From positions 1 through 17,192 of the forward strand of contig JBFWVI010000056.1 in the NCBI GenBank assembly GCA_050246815.1: a DNA stretch of 17,192 bases, given 5' to 3'. Below, piece after piece: positions 7,525-15,600 of this stretch; position 1 is the first letter of the stretch; every line of letters begins with the position of its first letter. Origin of the DNA: Bdellovibrionales bacterium (GTDB taxonomy: Bacteria; Bdellovibrionota; Bdellovibrionia; Bdellovibrionales; UBA1609). The translations under genes were made by a program, and so were the position numbers. The notes beneath the pieces are model-generated. The model searched no databases and had not been told where the DNA came from. It saw nothing but the letters and a program-made list of their open reading frames with translations.

Positions 7525-8253
7525 TCAGATGTCGGCGCGGTAGATGAAGCTGGCGCCGCCCATCAGAGTGCGGTAGCTGATTTTGTGAAAGCAGCCGGTG
7601 GAATTCATCAGCTGAACGAAGCGCTCGCGGCTGGGAAATTTCAAAGACGATTTGTTCAGATAATCATAGGCCTGGGGCTGACCTGTGACCCAACCACCTA
7701 AGCGCGGCACTATTTTTTTGAAGTAAAACTGCATGGCGTGTTTCATCAACGGCCACTGCGTGTCGCCGGTTTCAAGCACCATCACGCGGCCGCCGGGTTT
7801 ACACACGCGGGCCATTTCGCGCAGCGCTTTGGCGGGGTCGGCCACATTGCGAATGCCATAGGCAATGCTGACCACATCGAAGGTGGCGTCGGCATAGGGT
7901 AAGTTCATCGCATCGGCCTGCTCAAATTTGACTTCTAGGTTTTGTGCGACGGCTTTCGCCGGGGCATAGGCCAGCATGTCCGCGCAAAAATCAGTGCCGA
8001 TCACTTTGCCATTTGCGCCGACCACTTTTTTAAATTCAATCGCCAGATCGCCAGTGCCCGTGGCGCAATCCAAAACATGGTCACCGGCTTTGGCACCGCT
8101 AGCGGCCACCACGGCTTTGCGCCAGGCACGCGCCAAACCAAAGGTGATCAGATCATTGGCGCGGTCATAGCCGCCCGCAATCGAGCTAAAAAGATTTTGG
8201 ATCTTTTCGGGGTCAGGGCTGGCGGTTGAAACAGGATCGCGAGGAGTTTGCAT
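7525..8253 (-). CDS. menG: Demethylmenaquinone methyltransferase (UbiE/MenG family)
   Basis: Motifs FSSIAGGYDRAND.ITFG, SAM-binding VLDCATGTGD, YGIRNV, KPGG and AYDYL. Its ATG directly follows the DAHP synthase stop; menaquinone cluster context. Confidence 0.93.
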   Translation of the reverse strand: MQTPRDPVSTASPDPEKIQNLFSSIAGGYDRANDLITFGLARAWRKAVVAASGAKAGDHVLDCATGTGDLAIEFKKVVGANGKVIGTDFCADMLAYAPAKAVAQNLEVKFEQADAMNLPYADATFDVVSIAYGIRNVADPAKALREMARVCKPGGRVMVLETGDTQWPLMKHAMQFYFKKIVPRLGGWVTGQPQAYDYLNKSSLKFPSRERFVQLMNSTGCFHKISYRTLMGGASFIYRADI

Positions 8254-9093
8254 TTACGCTTGAGCCATATGGGTTGAAAAAACAGGTCCGGTTTCATGAT
8301 GCACGGCCAACTCACGGCCCAAGACCGGCAGCAATTGCACCAACTGCCGCATCAATTCGTCAAATTGCACATAGGTCAAAGCTTGAAAGCCGTCCGACAG
8401 CGCCTGTTGGGGGCGGGGATGGACTTCAATCATCAATCCATCGGCGCCTGCAGCTGCGGCGGCCAAGGCCATGGGTTTCACCAAAGCGCTTTCGCCCGTG
8501 GCGTGGGAGGGGTCGGCAATCACCGGGAAAGGAGTGTGTTCTTTGATGTAAGCAACCGCATTCAAATCGAAAGTGTTACGCGTGGCGGTTTCAAAAGTGC
8601 GAATGCCGCGCTCGCACAGCACCACTTGTTCGTTGCCTCCGCGGATGATGTATTCCGCGGCCAACAGCCATTCTTTGATCAAGCCCGAGAAACCGCGCTT
8701 CAAAAGTACAGGAGTTTTGGTGCGGCCGAGCTCTTTTAAGAGATCGTAATTGTGCATATTGCGCGAGCCCACCTGAAATGCATCGACCAGTGGAGCGAAG
8801 TCGGCGATTTGGCGGGGGTCGGTGACTTCACTGACAAAACCTAAACCCACTTCGCGTTTAACTTTTTGCACCAGACTGTAGGCTTCGGGACCCAAGCCCT
8901 GAAAAGTGTCGGGGCTGGTGCGCAGTTTGAACATACCACCGCGAAGCAAAACGGCGCCCGATCGCTTGACGGCAAGGGCCACTTCAGAAAAGTGCTGTGC
9001 AGATTCAATGGAACAGGGCCCCGCGATCACCGCGAACTCACTGCCACCAATCATCTGCTGTCCGATTTTTACCGGCTTCGTTTTGCTTGCCAT
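8254..9093 (-). CDS. aroF: 3-deoxy-7-phosphoheptulonate (DAHP) synthase, type I-beta, catalytic barrel only
   Basis: Motifs IAGPCSIE, GGMFKLRTSP, QVGSRNM, LLKRG, LCERGIR, DPSH, IEVHP and LSDGFQ; AGGA Shine-Dalgarno upstream. Confidence 0.93.
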   Translation of the reverse strand: MASKTKPVKIGQQMIGGSEFAVIAGPCSIESAQHFSEVALAVKRSGAVLLRGGMFKLRTSPDTFQGLGPEAYSLVQKVKREVGLGFVSEVTDPRQIADFAPLVDAFQVGSRNMHNYDLLKELGRTKTPVLLKRGFSGLIKEWLLAAEYIIRGGNEQVVLCERGIRTFETATRNTFDLNAVAYIKEHTPFPVIADPSHATGESALVKPMALAAAAAGADGLMIEVHPRPQQALSDGFQALTYVQFDELMRQLVQLLPVLGRELAVHHETGPVFSTHMAQA

Positions 9094-9217
9094 ATGTTCC
9101 TAAGAGATCGTTTTTTAACACAGCACGCCGCTGCCTGGGAATGTGAATGCGCATCTTTTAGCTCACTGCGAAATGAAGCTGGTCAAAGGCTTGGCGCATA
9201 GGCTATTGAAAGTACCG

Positions 9218-10282
9218 ATGGGTGCGAAATCAGGGCCAGAATCCGTATTTTTCATACGACATCCCGACGGCCATTGGCTGGTGGGGTGGGGGCCTATGGC
9301 GCGATTATCTATGGCTCCCGTGGATCGTCCGGCCTTTTTCGCGCCTGATTTTTTTGGCCAAGACCCCACGCCTTGGTGGGCGCCGACAGAGTTCACTTCT
9401 TTTTCAAGTGCCCAGCTCAAGCAACATTGGCCTGAGTTGGCAGGATCATCGGTGAAGGGATCGGATTGGGTTTGGCAAGAACCTGAGCCGCAAATTTTTA
9501 ATCAAGAGATCAAAGAAATTTTAAATGCCATCACCTCAGGCCAACTTCGTAAAGCCGTGCCGATCGTGATGAGCCCAAGCGATCGACTGCCGTCTTTAGA
9601 AGAAAAAATGAAGTGGTGGGCGCAAACTTTTTTAGTGCCATCGCGATGGATTGCTTACGGCGGCTGGTGGCAGGATGAGGGTTTGATGGGCTTGTCGCCC
9701 GAGATTTTATTTTCCACTCAAACAGGCTGGACTGAAACCATGGCGTTAGCGGGGACGGCACCGAACCCCGGCCCCCCTTTGCTGGAGAGTGAAAAAGACC
9801 TACACGAGCATCAATTGGTGGTGCAGGATATCACGCGCCAGCTGTCGCAGCTGGGCGAGGTTAAAAGCACGCCCACTCGCGAGTGGGCACTGGGAAAATT
9901 AAAACATCTTAGAACGGATTTATCGGTCGAGGCCGGCGCAGATTTTATGCAACTGGTGCGGCTGCTACATCCGACCGCTGCATTGGGAGTTGCGCCACGC
10001 CAGGCGGGTTTGGGTATCTTGCAAAAAAGCGCTTACGCATCGAAACGCCGTCGCTTTGGGGCACCTTTTGGCGTGAGCCTGCCAGGTGAGATGGGGCTTT
10101 GTTGTGTTGCGATTCGCGGCCTGCAGTGGCACGAGGGCAAAACCTGGCTCAGCAGCGGCTGTGGCGTGGTGGCGGGCAGCGACCCCGCTCGGGAATGGCA
10201 AGAATTGAATTTGAAACGTTCTGTCGTGGCGGAACAATTTGGTTTGAAAACGAATCCGATGTTTCACCAGGAAGCGTTCTAA
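9218..10282 (+). CDS. menF: Isochorismate synthase (chorismate-binding MST family); start uncertain (GTG 9143, ATG 9173 or ATG 9218)
   Basis: Motifs LRKAV, GLSPE, MALAGT, KDLHEHQLVV, LKHL, LHPTAALG, VAIR, GCGVV.GS and EWQELNLK; TAATG overlap with menD. Confidence 0.9.
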   Translation: MGAKSGPESVFFIRHPDGHWLVGWGPMARLSMAPVDRPAFFAPDFFGQDPTPWWAPTEFTSFSSAQLKQHWPELAGSSVKGSDWVWQEPEPQIFNQEIKEILNAITSGQLRKAVPIVMSPSDRLPSLEEKMKWWAQTFLVPSRWIAYGGWWQDEGLMGLSPEILFSTQTGWTETMALAGTAPNPGPPLLESEKDLHEHQLVVQDITRQLSQLGEVKSTPTREWALGKLKHLRTDLSVEAGADFMQLVRLLHPTAALGVAPRQAGLGILQKSAYASKRRRFGAPFGVSLPGEMGLCCVAIRGLQWHEGKTWLSSGCGVVAGSDPAREWQELNLKRSVVAEQFGLKTNPMFHQEAF

Positions 10283-11871
10283 TGGACAATGTGGCGCGCA
10301 CTCGACAGGTTTTGACGTGGCTTCGTGAATGGGGTTGTCGCGAAGTGGTGGTGTGTGCGGGCGCTCGCAATGCGCCGCTGGTGGTGGCTCTTAATCAAGC
10401 CACAGATTTGAAGACCTGGTCGTTTTTTGAAGAGCGCTCAGCTGCATTTTTTGCTCTTGGCCGAATGAAATCGCAAGCTTGGCCAGTGGCGGTGGTGACA
10501 ACCTCGGGAACTGCCGCTGCAGAGCTTTTGCCGGCCGCAATTGAAGCCGATCATACAGGTTTGCCGCTGATTTTGGTGACGGCTGATCGGCCACCGGAGT
10601 ATCGCGGCACGGGGGCGCCCCAGGCCATCCAGCAAGTGGGCTTATTTTCGCACTATGTGGAAAAGTCTTTGGATTATTGGAATGAAAATTTGCAGATCGA
10701 GTGGAGCAAGCGACGCCCCTTGCATTTGAACGTTTGTTTAAGCGAACCCACGCGCCAAGAGCTGGCTACTTTAAGTGAAAAAAATAAATCTGAAAACCGG
10801 GCGGTTGAAAAATCAAGTGCGACAGCTGCAATGACCGTGGATTCGATGCAGGTGACGGCGATGCGGCAGTTTTGCGCGAGATGCAAAAGACCTGCGGTGA
10901 TCTTAGGGCCTTTGGTCATGAGCGAGGTGAGTCTTGTCGAAGAATGGCTGCATCAGACGCGCTTTTCCATTTACGCTGAGGCGTTGTCCAATTTAAGTCA
11001 TTCCAAGCTTTTGCGCGAGCAAATGGTCAAAGGCGGCGAGCGTGCTTTATTTCAAGCGTTGAAACAGGGTTGGTGCGATGGCGTGATTCGTGTCGGCGGG
11101 GTACCCACCACGCGTATTTGGCGGGATTTAGAAATGGAGTTCAACAAAACTCCCGTTTTATCTTTGTCTTCAAAGCTACTGTCGGGCTTAAGTAGAAAAG
11201 ACGCCGCCGTTTTGCCTTTGTATAGTCTTAAATCGTGGCCCGACACGAACGCCAGTGTGCGGCCCGCAGAGTGGACCGATCTGCAAATCAAAGCCGAGCA
11301 ATACTTATTTGAACTGCAAAAAGAATATCCTTTGGCGGAGCCCGCCATGCTGGGGACCGTGGCTGGCGCGATGCCAAGCAAAGCCCGGATCTATTTGGGC
11401 AACAGTTTGCCCATTCGCGAATGGGATTTGACCGCGCCACAAGGCAAACAATGGCAAATGGCGGGGAGTCGCGGAGCCAATGGCATTGACGGGCAGATCT
11501 CGACATTTTTGGGTTTCGCCGAACCCGAAGATTCCAATTGGGCGGTCTTGGGTGATCTGACTGCGCTTTATGACTTAAGCGCGCCGTGGATTTTGAATCA
11601 ACGCCGTTTAACGGATGTGAACATGGTCTTGATCAACAATGGCGGCGGCCGTATTTTTTCGCGCATGTATGGGCGCGAAGAGCTTGAAAATCCTCATCAG
11701 ATCAATTTTTCTGATTGGGCCAAGATGTGGAATTTGGATTATCAGCTGGTGCATTCGCCTGAACAATTTCAATCCCGTGCGACGCGACCGCGCGTCGTTG
11801 AGGTGATTCCCGATCCGCAGCAAAGCCAAAAATTCTGGACCGCTTGGGAAGAGTTTTGGAAAAACACATGA
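10282..11871 (+). CDS. menD: SEPHCHC synthase (ThDP-dependent)
   Basis: Motifs GARNAPL, EERSAAFFALG, TTSGTA, TADRP, RGANGIDG and the ThDP motif GDL...NNGGG.IF. Start placed at ATG 10282, which overlaps the menF stop. Confidence 0.95.
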   Translation: MDNVARTRQVLTWLREWGCREVVVCAGARNAPLVVALNQATDLKTWSFFEERSAAFFALGRMKSQAWPVAVVTTSGTAAAELLPAAIEADHTGLPLILVTADRPPEYRGTGAPQAIQQVGLFSHYVEKSLDYWNENLQIEWSKRRPLHLNVCLSEPTRQELATLSEKNKSENRAVEKSSATAAMTVDSMQVTAMRQFCARCKRPAVILGPLVMSEVSLVEEWLHQTRFSIYAEALSNLSHSKLLREQMVKGGERALFQALKQGWCDGVIRVGGVPTTRIWRDLEMEFNKTPVLSLSSKLLSGLSRKDAAVLPLYSLKSWPDTNASVRPAEWTDLQIKAEQYLFELQKEYPLAEPAMLGTVAGAMPSKARIYLGNSLPIREWDLTAPQGKQWQMAGSRGANGIDGQISTFLGFAEPEDSNWAVLGDLTALYDLSAPWILNQRRLTDVNMVLINNGGGRIFSRMYGREELENPHQINFSDWAKMWNLDYQLVHSPEQFQSRATRPRVVEVIPDPQQSQKFWTAWEEFWKNT

Positions 11872-12593
11872 ACTTGGCTTTGCTGCACGGTTTTTTAGGG
11901 TCGCATCGCGATTACACTCTGGTGTTCAACGAGCTTAAAAAAAATAAAGTCCGCTACAAAGAATATGCACCGGATTTTTTTAAAGCAGGCCCTTGTTCGG
12001 CAGCCCACGACTATGATGTGTGGTGCAAAAATTTTCTTAGTGAACTTGAAAAACGATTTGGCCCAGAGCCCGTCGTTTTGGTGGGTTATTCGCTGGGTGC
12101 GCGTCTGGCTTTGCACGCGTATTTTGCCGCGCCCCAAAAATTTTCGCGGTTGCTGTTGCTGGCGGCGAACCCCGGTATTTTGCAGAGCACTCCCCACGAA
12201 CGTCGCCAGTGGGAGCAGAACTGGGCCGATTGCTTTCGGCGAAAACCTTGGGAAGAGGCCATGGCCGCCTGGAATCAACAACAAGTCTTCGCCCAAGCTA
12301 CGCCGCGATTGGTACCGCAAGAAGGACAGCTGGATCGCGAGTTGGTGGCTGATTCGCTTTCGCGTTGGTCGCTGTTGACCCATTTGTACTCTTTAGATGA
12401 CTTGCGGCGTCTGCCTCAGACAGTGGAGTGGTGGTACGGCCAGTTGGACCAAAAATTTATGGCGGTGAAGGCGGAGCTTGAACGCTTAAAGGTTCCAGGT
12501 CAGTATCAGGTGATCGCCAACACCGGACATCGGCTGACTTTAGATGCTGCTGAGGTTTTGGCGCAGGCACTGATGACAGGGGGACCTCGATGA
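11868..12593 (+). CDS. menH: SHCHC synthase (alpha/beta hydrolase fold)
   Basis: LHGFLG oxyanion loop, GYSLG nucleophile elbow, DQKF and GH catalytic motifs; ATGA overlap with menD. Confidence 0.88.
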   Translation: MNLALLHGFLGSHRDYTLVFNELKKNKVRYKEYAPDFFKAGPCSAAHDYDVWCKNFLSELEKRFGPEPVVLVGYSLGARLALHAYFAAPQKFSRLLLLAANPGILQSTPHERRQWEQNWADCFRRKPWEEAMAAWNQQQVFAQATPRLVPQEGQLDRELVADSLSRWSLLTHLYSLDDLRRLPQTVEWWYGQLDQKFMAVKAELERLKVPGQYQVIANTGHRLTLDAAEVLAQALMTGGPR

Positions 12594-12784
12594 ATCCAGA
12601 GTTCATGGAATTGAAAACGACCGACAACACCACGATCTATGTGCGTAAAGACGCCGTGGGTGCCTTTGAAGTGGTGCCACCCAGCCAACGTGTCGATGGC
12701 CATATCAAAGTTTTTATCGGTGGTTTTAAATTTCTGGTGGTGGGCGACAAAGAGGAAATCTTTAAAAAGTTGGCTGGTCGCTAA
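12590..12784 (+). CDS. Small hypothetical protein (64 aa), pattern resembles the FlbD/SwrD family
   Basis: ATGA overlap with menH and AGGGGGA upstream. The sequence reads as several beta-strands followed by a C-terminal amphipathic helix (GFKFLVVGDKEEIFKKL). Confidence 0.7.
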   Translation: MNPEFMELKTTDNTTIYVRKDAVGAFEVVPPSQRVDGHIKVFIGGFKFLVVGDKEEIFKKLAGR

Positions 12785-12882
12785 CCTTTTTGAGGCACTT
12801 AAAAATGGAAGAGCCGCCCATTATGTATGCGGTGTCTTCACATCACGAAAAAACAGAAGACCAGAGCCCCTGTGACGCCTAA

Positions 12883-12919
12883 TGTTATTGTCTGCGAAAG
12901 CTAAGGGGGATATATCCCC
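12883..12919 (+). promoter_or_regulatory. Candidate internal promoter/operator upstream of menB
   Basis: Extended -10-like TGtTATTGT (12883-12891), or TTGTCT-N17-TATATC (12888-12916). Perfect palindrome GGGGATATATCCCC at 12906-12919. Confidence 0.35.
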
Positions 12920-12957
12920 ACCACACTCTTACTGGACGCGCTTTGCGGGAGTACTCA

Positions 12958-13782
12958 ATGTCACAAGCGACCTGGATTCCGATCAAAACCTACACCGACA
13001 TCAAGTTTGAACGAACCGAAGATGGCATCGCCAAAATCACCATCAACCGCCCCGAGGTTCGCAACGCTTTTCGGCCGCAAACGGTGATTGAACTTAAAGA
13101 TGCATTAGAAATCAGCCGTGAAGAGCCCGGTGTTGGAGTGGTGATTTTAACTGGTGAAGGTCCCGATGCGTTCTGCTCAGGTGGGGATCAAAAGGTCCGA
13201 GGGCATGCGGGCTATGTCGGCAGTGACGGCGTGCCGCGCTTGAATATTTTGGATGTGCAAAAACAAATTCGATTTATGCCAAAACCCGTGATCGCCATGG
13301 TGGCGGGTTATGCCATCGGCGGTGGCCATGTGTTGCATGTGGTGTGTGATTTGACGATTGCGGCCGACAATGCGCGCTTCGGCCAAACGGGCCCGAAGGT
13401 GGGCTCTTTCGACGGCGGCTTGGGCAGCAGTTACTTGGCGCGCATTATTGGCCAGAAAAAAGCCCGCGAAATTTGGTACATGTGTCGTCAGTACGACGCC
13501 AAACAAGCTTTAGAAATGGGTTTGGTGAATACGGTTGTGCCCTTGGCCGAGCTTGAAACCGAAACTTTGAAATGGTGCCGCGAGATCTTGCAAATGTCGC
13601 CGATCGCACTGCGCTGCCTGAAGGCCGCGATGAACGCCGATTGTGACGGCCAAATGGGGCTGCTGGATATGGCCGGTAACGCCACGTTGCTTTATTACAT
13701 GTCTGAAGAAGCCAAAGAGGGCAAAAACGCCTTTGTCGAACGCCGCCCGCCGGATTTTTCGAAATTCCCGCGTCTGCCTTAA
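12958..13782 (+). CDS. menB: 1,4-dihydroxy-2-naphthoyl-CoA synthase
   Basis: Motifs [46 protein letters not shown] and [14 protein letters not shown] Shine-Dalgarno before ATG 12958. Confidence 0.98.
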   Translation: MSQATWIPIKTYTDIKFERTEDGIAKITINRPEVRNAFRPQTVIELKDALEISREEPGVGVVILTGEGPDAFCSGGDQKVRGHAGYVGSDGVPRLNILDVQKQIRFMPKPVIAMVAGYAIGGGHVLHVVCDLTIAADNARFGQTGPKVGSFDGGLGSSYLARIIGQKKAREIWYMCRQYDAKQALEMGLVNTVVPLAELETETLKWCREILQMSPIALRCLKAAMNADCDGQMGLLDMAGNATLLYYMSEEAKEGKNAFVERRPPDFSKFPRLP

Positions 13783-13795
13783 AGGCATTTTAAGG

Positions 13796-14695
13796 GTGAA
13801 CGAGCCAGTGGTGAAACAACATTCGATGAAATTTTGGCTGATGGCCTTGCGCCCGAAAACTTTGACCGCCGCGGTTGTGCCGGTGGTGGTGGGTTCGGCT
13901 GTGGCGGCGGTTCAGCCCGAAGGTTGGCATCCCTGGATCAGCGGTTTTGCTTTGCTGTCGACTTGCTTCATACAGATCGCGACCAATTTTTTTAATGATG
14001 CTCTGGATTTTAAAAAAGGCGCGGACACGGCGGAACGCCTTGGCCCCACACGCGTCACGCAAGCGGGTCTTTTGACCTCGCGCCAAGTGATGTGGGCCGG
14101 TGGGTTTTGTCTTTTGCTGGCTTTTATTTTTGGTGTGCCCTTGGTGGTGGTGGGCGGCTTGCCAATCGTGGTCATAGGATTAGTCTCTTTGGCCATGACC
14201 TACGCCTACACCGGTGGGCCGTACCCGTTGGCTTATCGTGGTCTTGGCGATTTGTTTGTGTTTTTATTTTTTGGATTGATTGCCGTGGGCGGCATGGTGC
14301 TTCTTCACATCGGCCGATGGCCTGTGGACGCCATGGTTGCGGGTGCGCAAACCGGATTGCTGGGCACCGTGCTGATTGCGATCAACAATTTTCGTGATCA
14401 CCAACAGGATTTAAAGGTCGGCAAATGGACCCTGGCCGCACGCTTCGGCGCACGTTTTGCGCGAACGGAAATTATTTGTTTATTGATTACGGCCTACGCG
14501 CTTTGTTTTTGGTGGCTGTGGACGGGGCGAGTGTGGGCCATGGCATTGCCCTTGTTGTCGCTGCCGTTGGCCTTTAAGGTGGCGCGAGGAGTTTTGAATC
14601 ATGAACCGAGCCCCATTTTTAATCGCTTTTTAGGGCAGGCTGCCGGCACGCAATTGGTTTTTGGCACTTTGCTAGCCTTGGGCCTAATTTTGTGA
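13796..14695 (+). CDS. menA: 1,4-dihydroxy-2-naphthoate polyprenyltransferase (start GTG 13796; alternatives up to ATG 13826)
   Basis: Motifs LRPKTL, ND..DFKKGAD, YTGGP.PLAY.GLGD and NNFRD...D...GK.TLA; multiple transmembrane segments. Confidence 0.95.
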   Translation: MNEPVVKQHSMKFWLMALRPKTLTAAVVPVVVGSAVAAVQPEGWHPWISGFALLSTCFIQIATNFFNDALDFKKGADTAERLGPTRVTQAGLLTSRQVMWAGGFCLLLAFIFGVPLVVVGGLPIVVIGLVSLAMTYAYTGGPYPLAYRGLGDLFVFLFFGLIAVGGMVLLHIGRWPVDAMVAGAQTGLLGTVLIAINNFRDHQQDLKVGKWTLAARFGARFARTEIICLLITAYALCFWWLWTGRVWAMALPLLSLPLAFKVARGVLNHEPSPIFNRFLGQAAGTQLVFGTLLALGLIL

Positions 14696-15600
14696 AGATC
14701 TGGCAGCACGGCTATGTTCTAAACTCTCCTTGGCACGGGCAAGATCACCCCGGTGTTTTGCTGAAAATTGAATTTCCGGGCGGAGAGGTTGGGCATGCGG
14801 ATTTGCATCCTTGGCCTGAGCTTGGCGATCTCACTTTAACGGAATTGCTGCGCATGTTGACGTCACAGCGGCCGCACCCACGCCTCGAACGCACGCTTGT
14901 GGTTGCGGCCGAAGATGCGACGGCCCGGGCAAAGAAGGCCTCCCTGTTCACGGGCTACCAAATGCTGACTTCGCATAAGCTGTTGCCAAATTTAGAAAAA
15001 GTCACGCCCGCCGGTCTTCAGTCGCTTGAGCAACAGGGCTACACCTTGGTGAAAGTGAAAATGGGTCGTGATCTGACGCTTGAGACCGAACAGCTGAAGG
15101 CCTTGTTGGGCGCAAGCGGTCTTAAGTGGCGTTTGGATTTCAACGGTCGATTAAGTGCGGCGCAGTTTCAAGAGTGGTTGACGCAAGTGCCGCTCGACTT
15201 GATCGATGGAATCGAAGATCCGGTGCAGGGCGGGCAGTCGGTCGCGGCGTCACCGACAGCACTTTTTTGTGATCGCATTTCTTTTACCCATTCCGTCGGC
15301 GATGTGATTAAACCTGAAATTCAAAGTTGGGACGTGAATGCGGCCCCTGGGCGTCGCCTGTGGTTGACCAACAATCTGGGTCATCCTTTTGGCCACGCCG
15401 TGGCGCTGGCCTATGCGGCCCGTTGGCAGCGGGGTGAGGCCGGCGGCCTGCAAGGGTTGCAAGATTACGACTCGGCCCCCACTTTAACCGCTTGGCGCGA
15501 GCAGATTCGCTATCATGGCGCAGTTACCTTGCCGCCGGCTGGGACGGGCTTTGGTTTTGATGCGCAATTGGCCCGCCTACCTTGGAAGGCTTTGTTGTGA
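14692..15600 (+). CDS. menC: o-succinylbenzoate synthase (enolase superfamily, divergent)
   Basis: KVKMG (KxK), RLDFN, IEDP, FCD and IKP catalytic/metal positions; N-terminal HPWPELGD; C-terminal GTGFG; GTGA overlaps at both ends. Confidence 0.88.
   Translation: MKIWQHGYVLNSPWHGQDHPGVLLKIEFPGGEVGHADLHPWPELGDLTLTELLRMLTSQRPHPRLERTLVVAAEDATARAKKASLFTGYQMLTSHKLLPNLEKVTPAGLQSLEQQGYTLVKVKMGRDLTLETEQLKALLGASGLKWRLDFNGRLSAAQFQEWLTQVPLDLIDGIEDPVQGGQSVAASPTALFCDRISFTHSVGDVIKPEIQSWDVNAAPGRRLWLTNNLGHPFGHAVALAYAARWQRGEAGGLQGLQDYDSAPTLTAWREQIRYHGAVTLPPAGTGFGFDAQLARLPWKALL

Noticed and set aside
8254..9093. KDO8P synthase (kdsA)
   Set aside because: It lacks KANRS, has a K-x-R-T-S loop, and sits among shikimate and menaquinone genes.
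10099..10281. N-terminal extensions of menD (and likewise menH, menB, menA and menE) shown in the ORF track
   Set aside because: They overlap upstream genes or lack a ribosome-binding site. Downstream starts fit the stop/start overlaps and the family motifs better.
9143..10282. Siderophore isochorismate synthase or anthranilate synthase
   Set aside because: It is coupled directly to menD, with no NRPS, entAB or glutaminase partner in the window.
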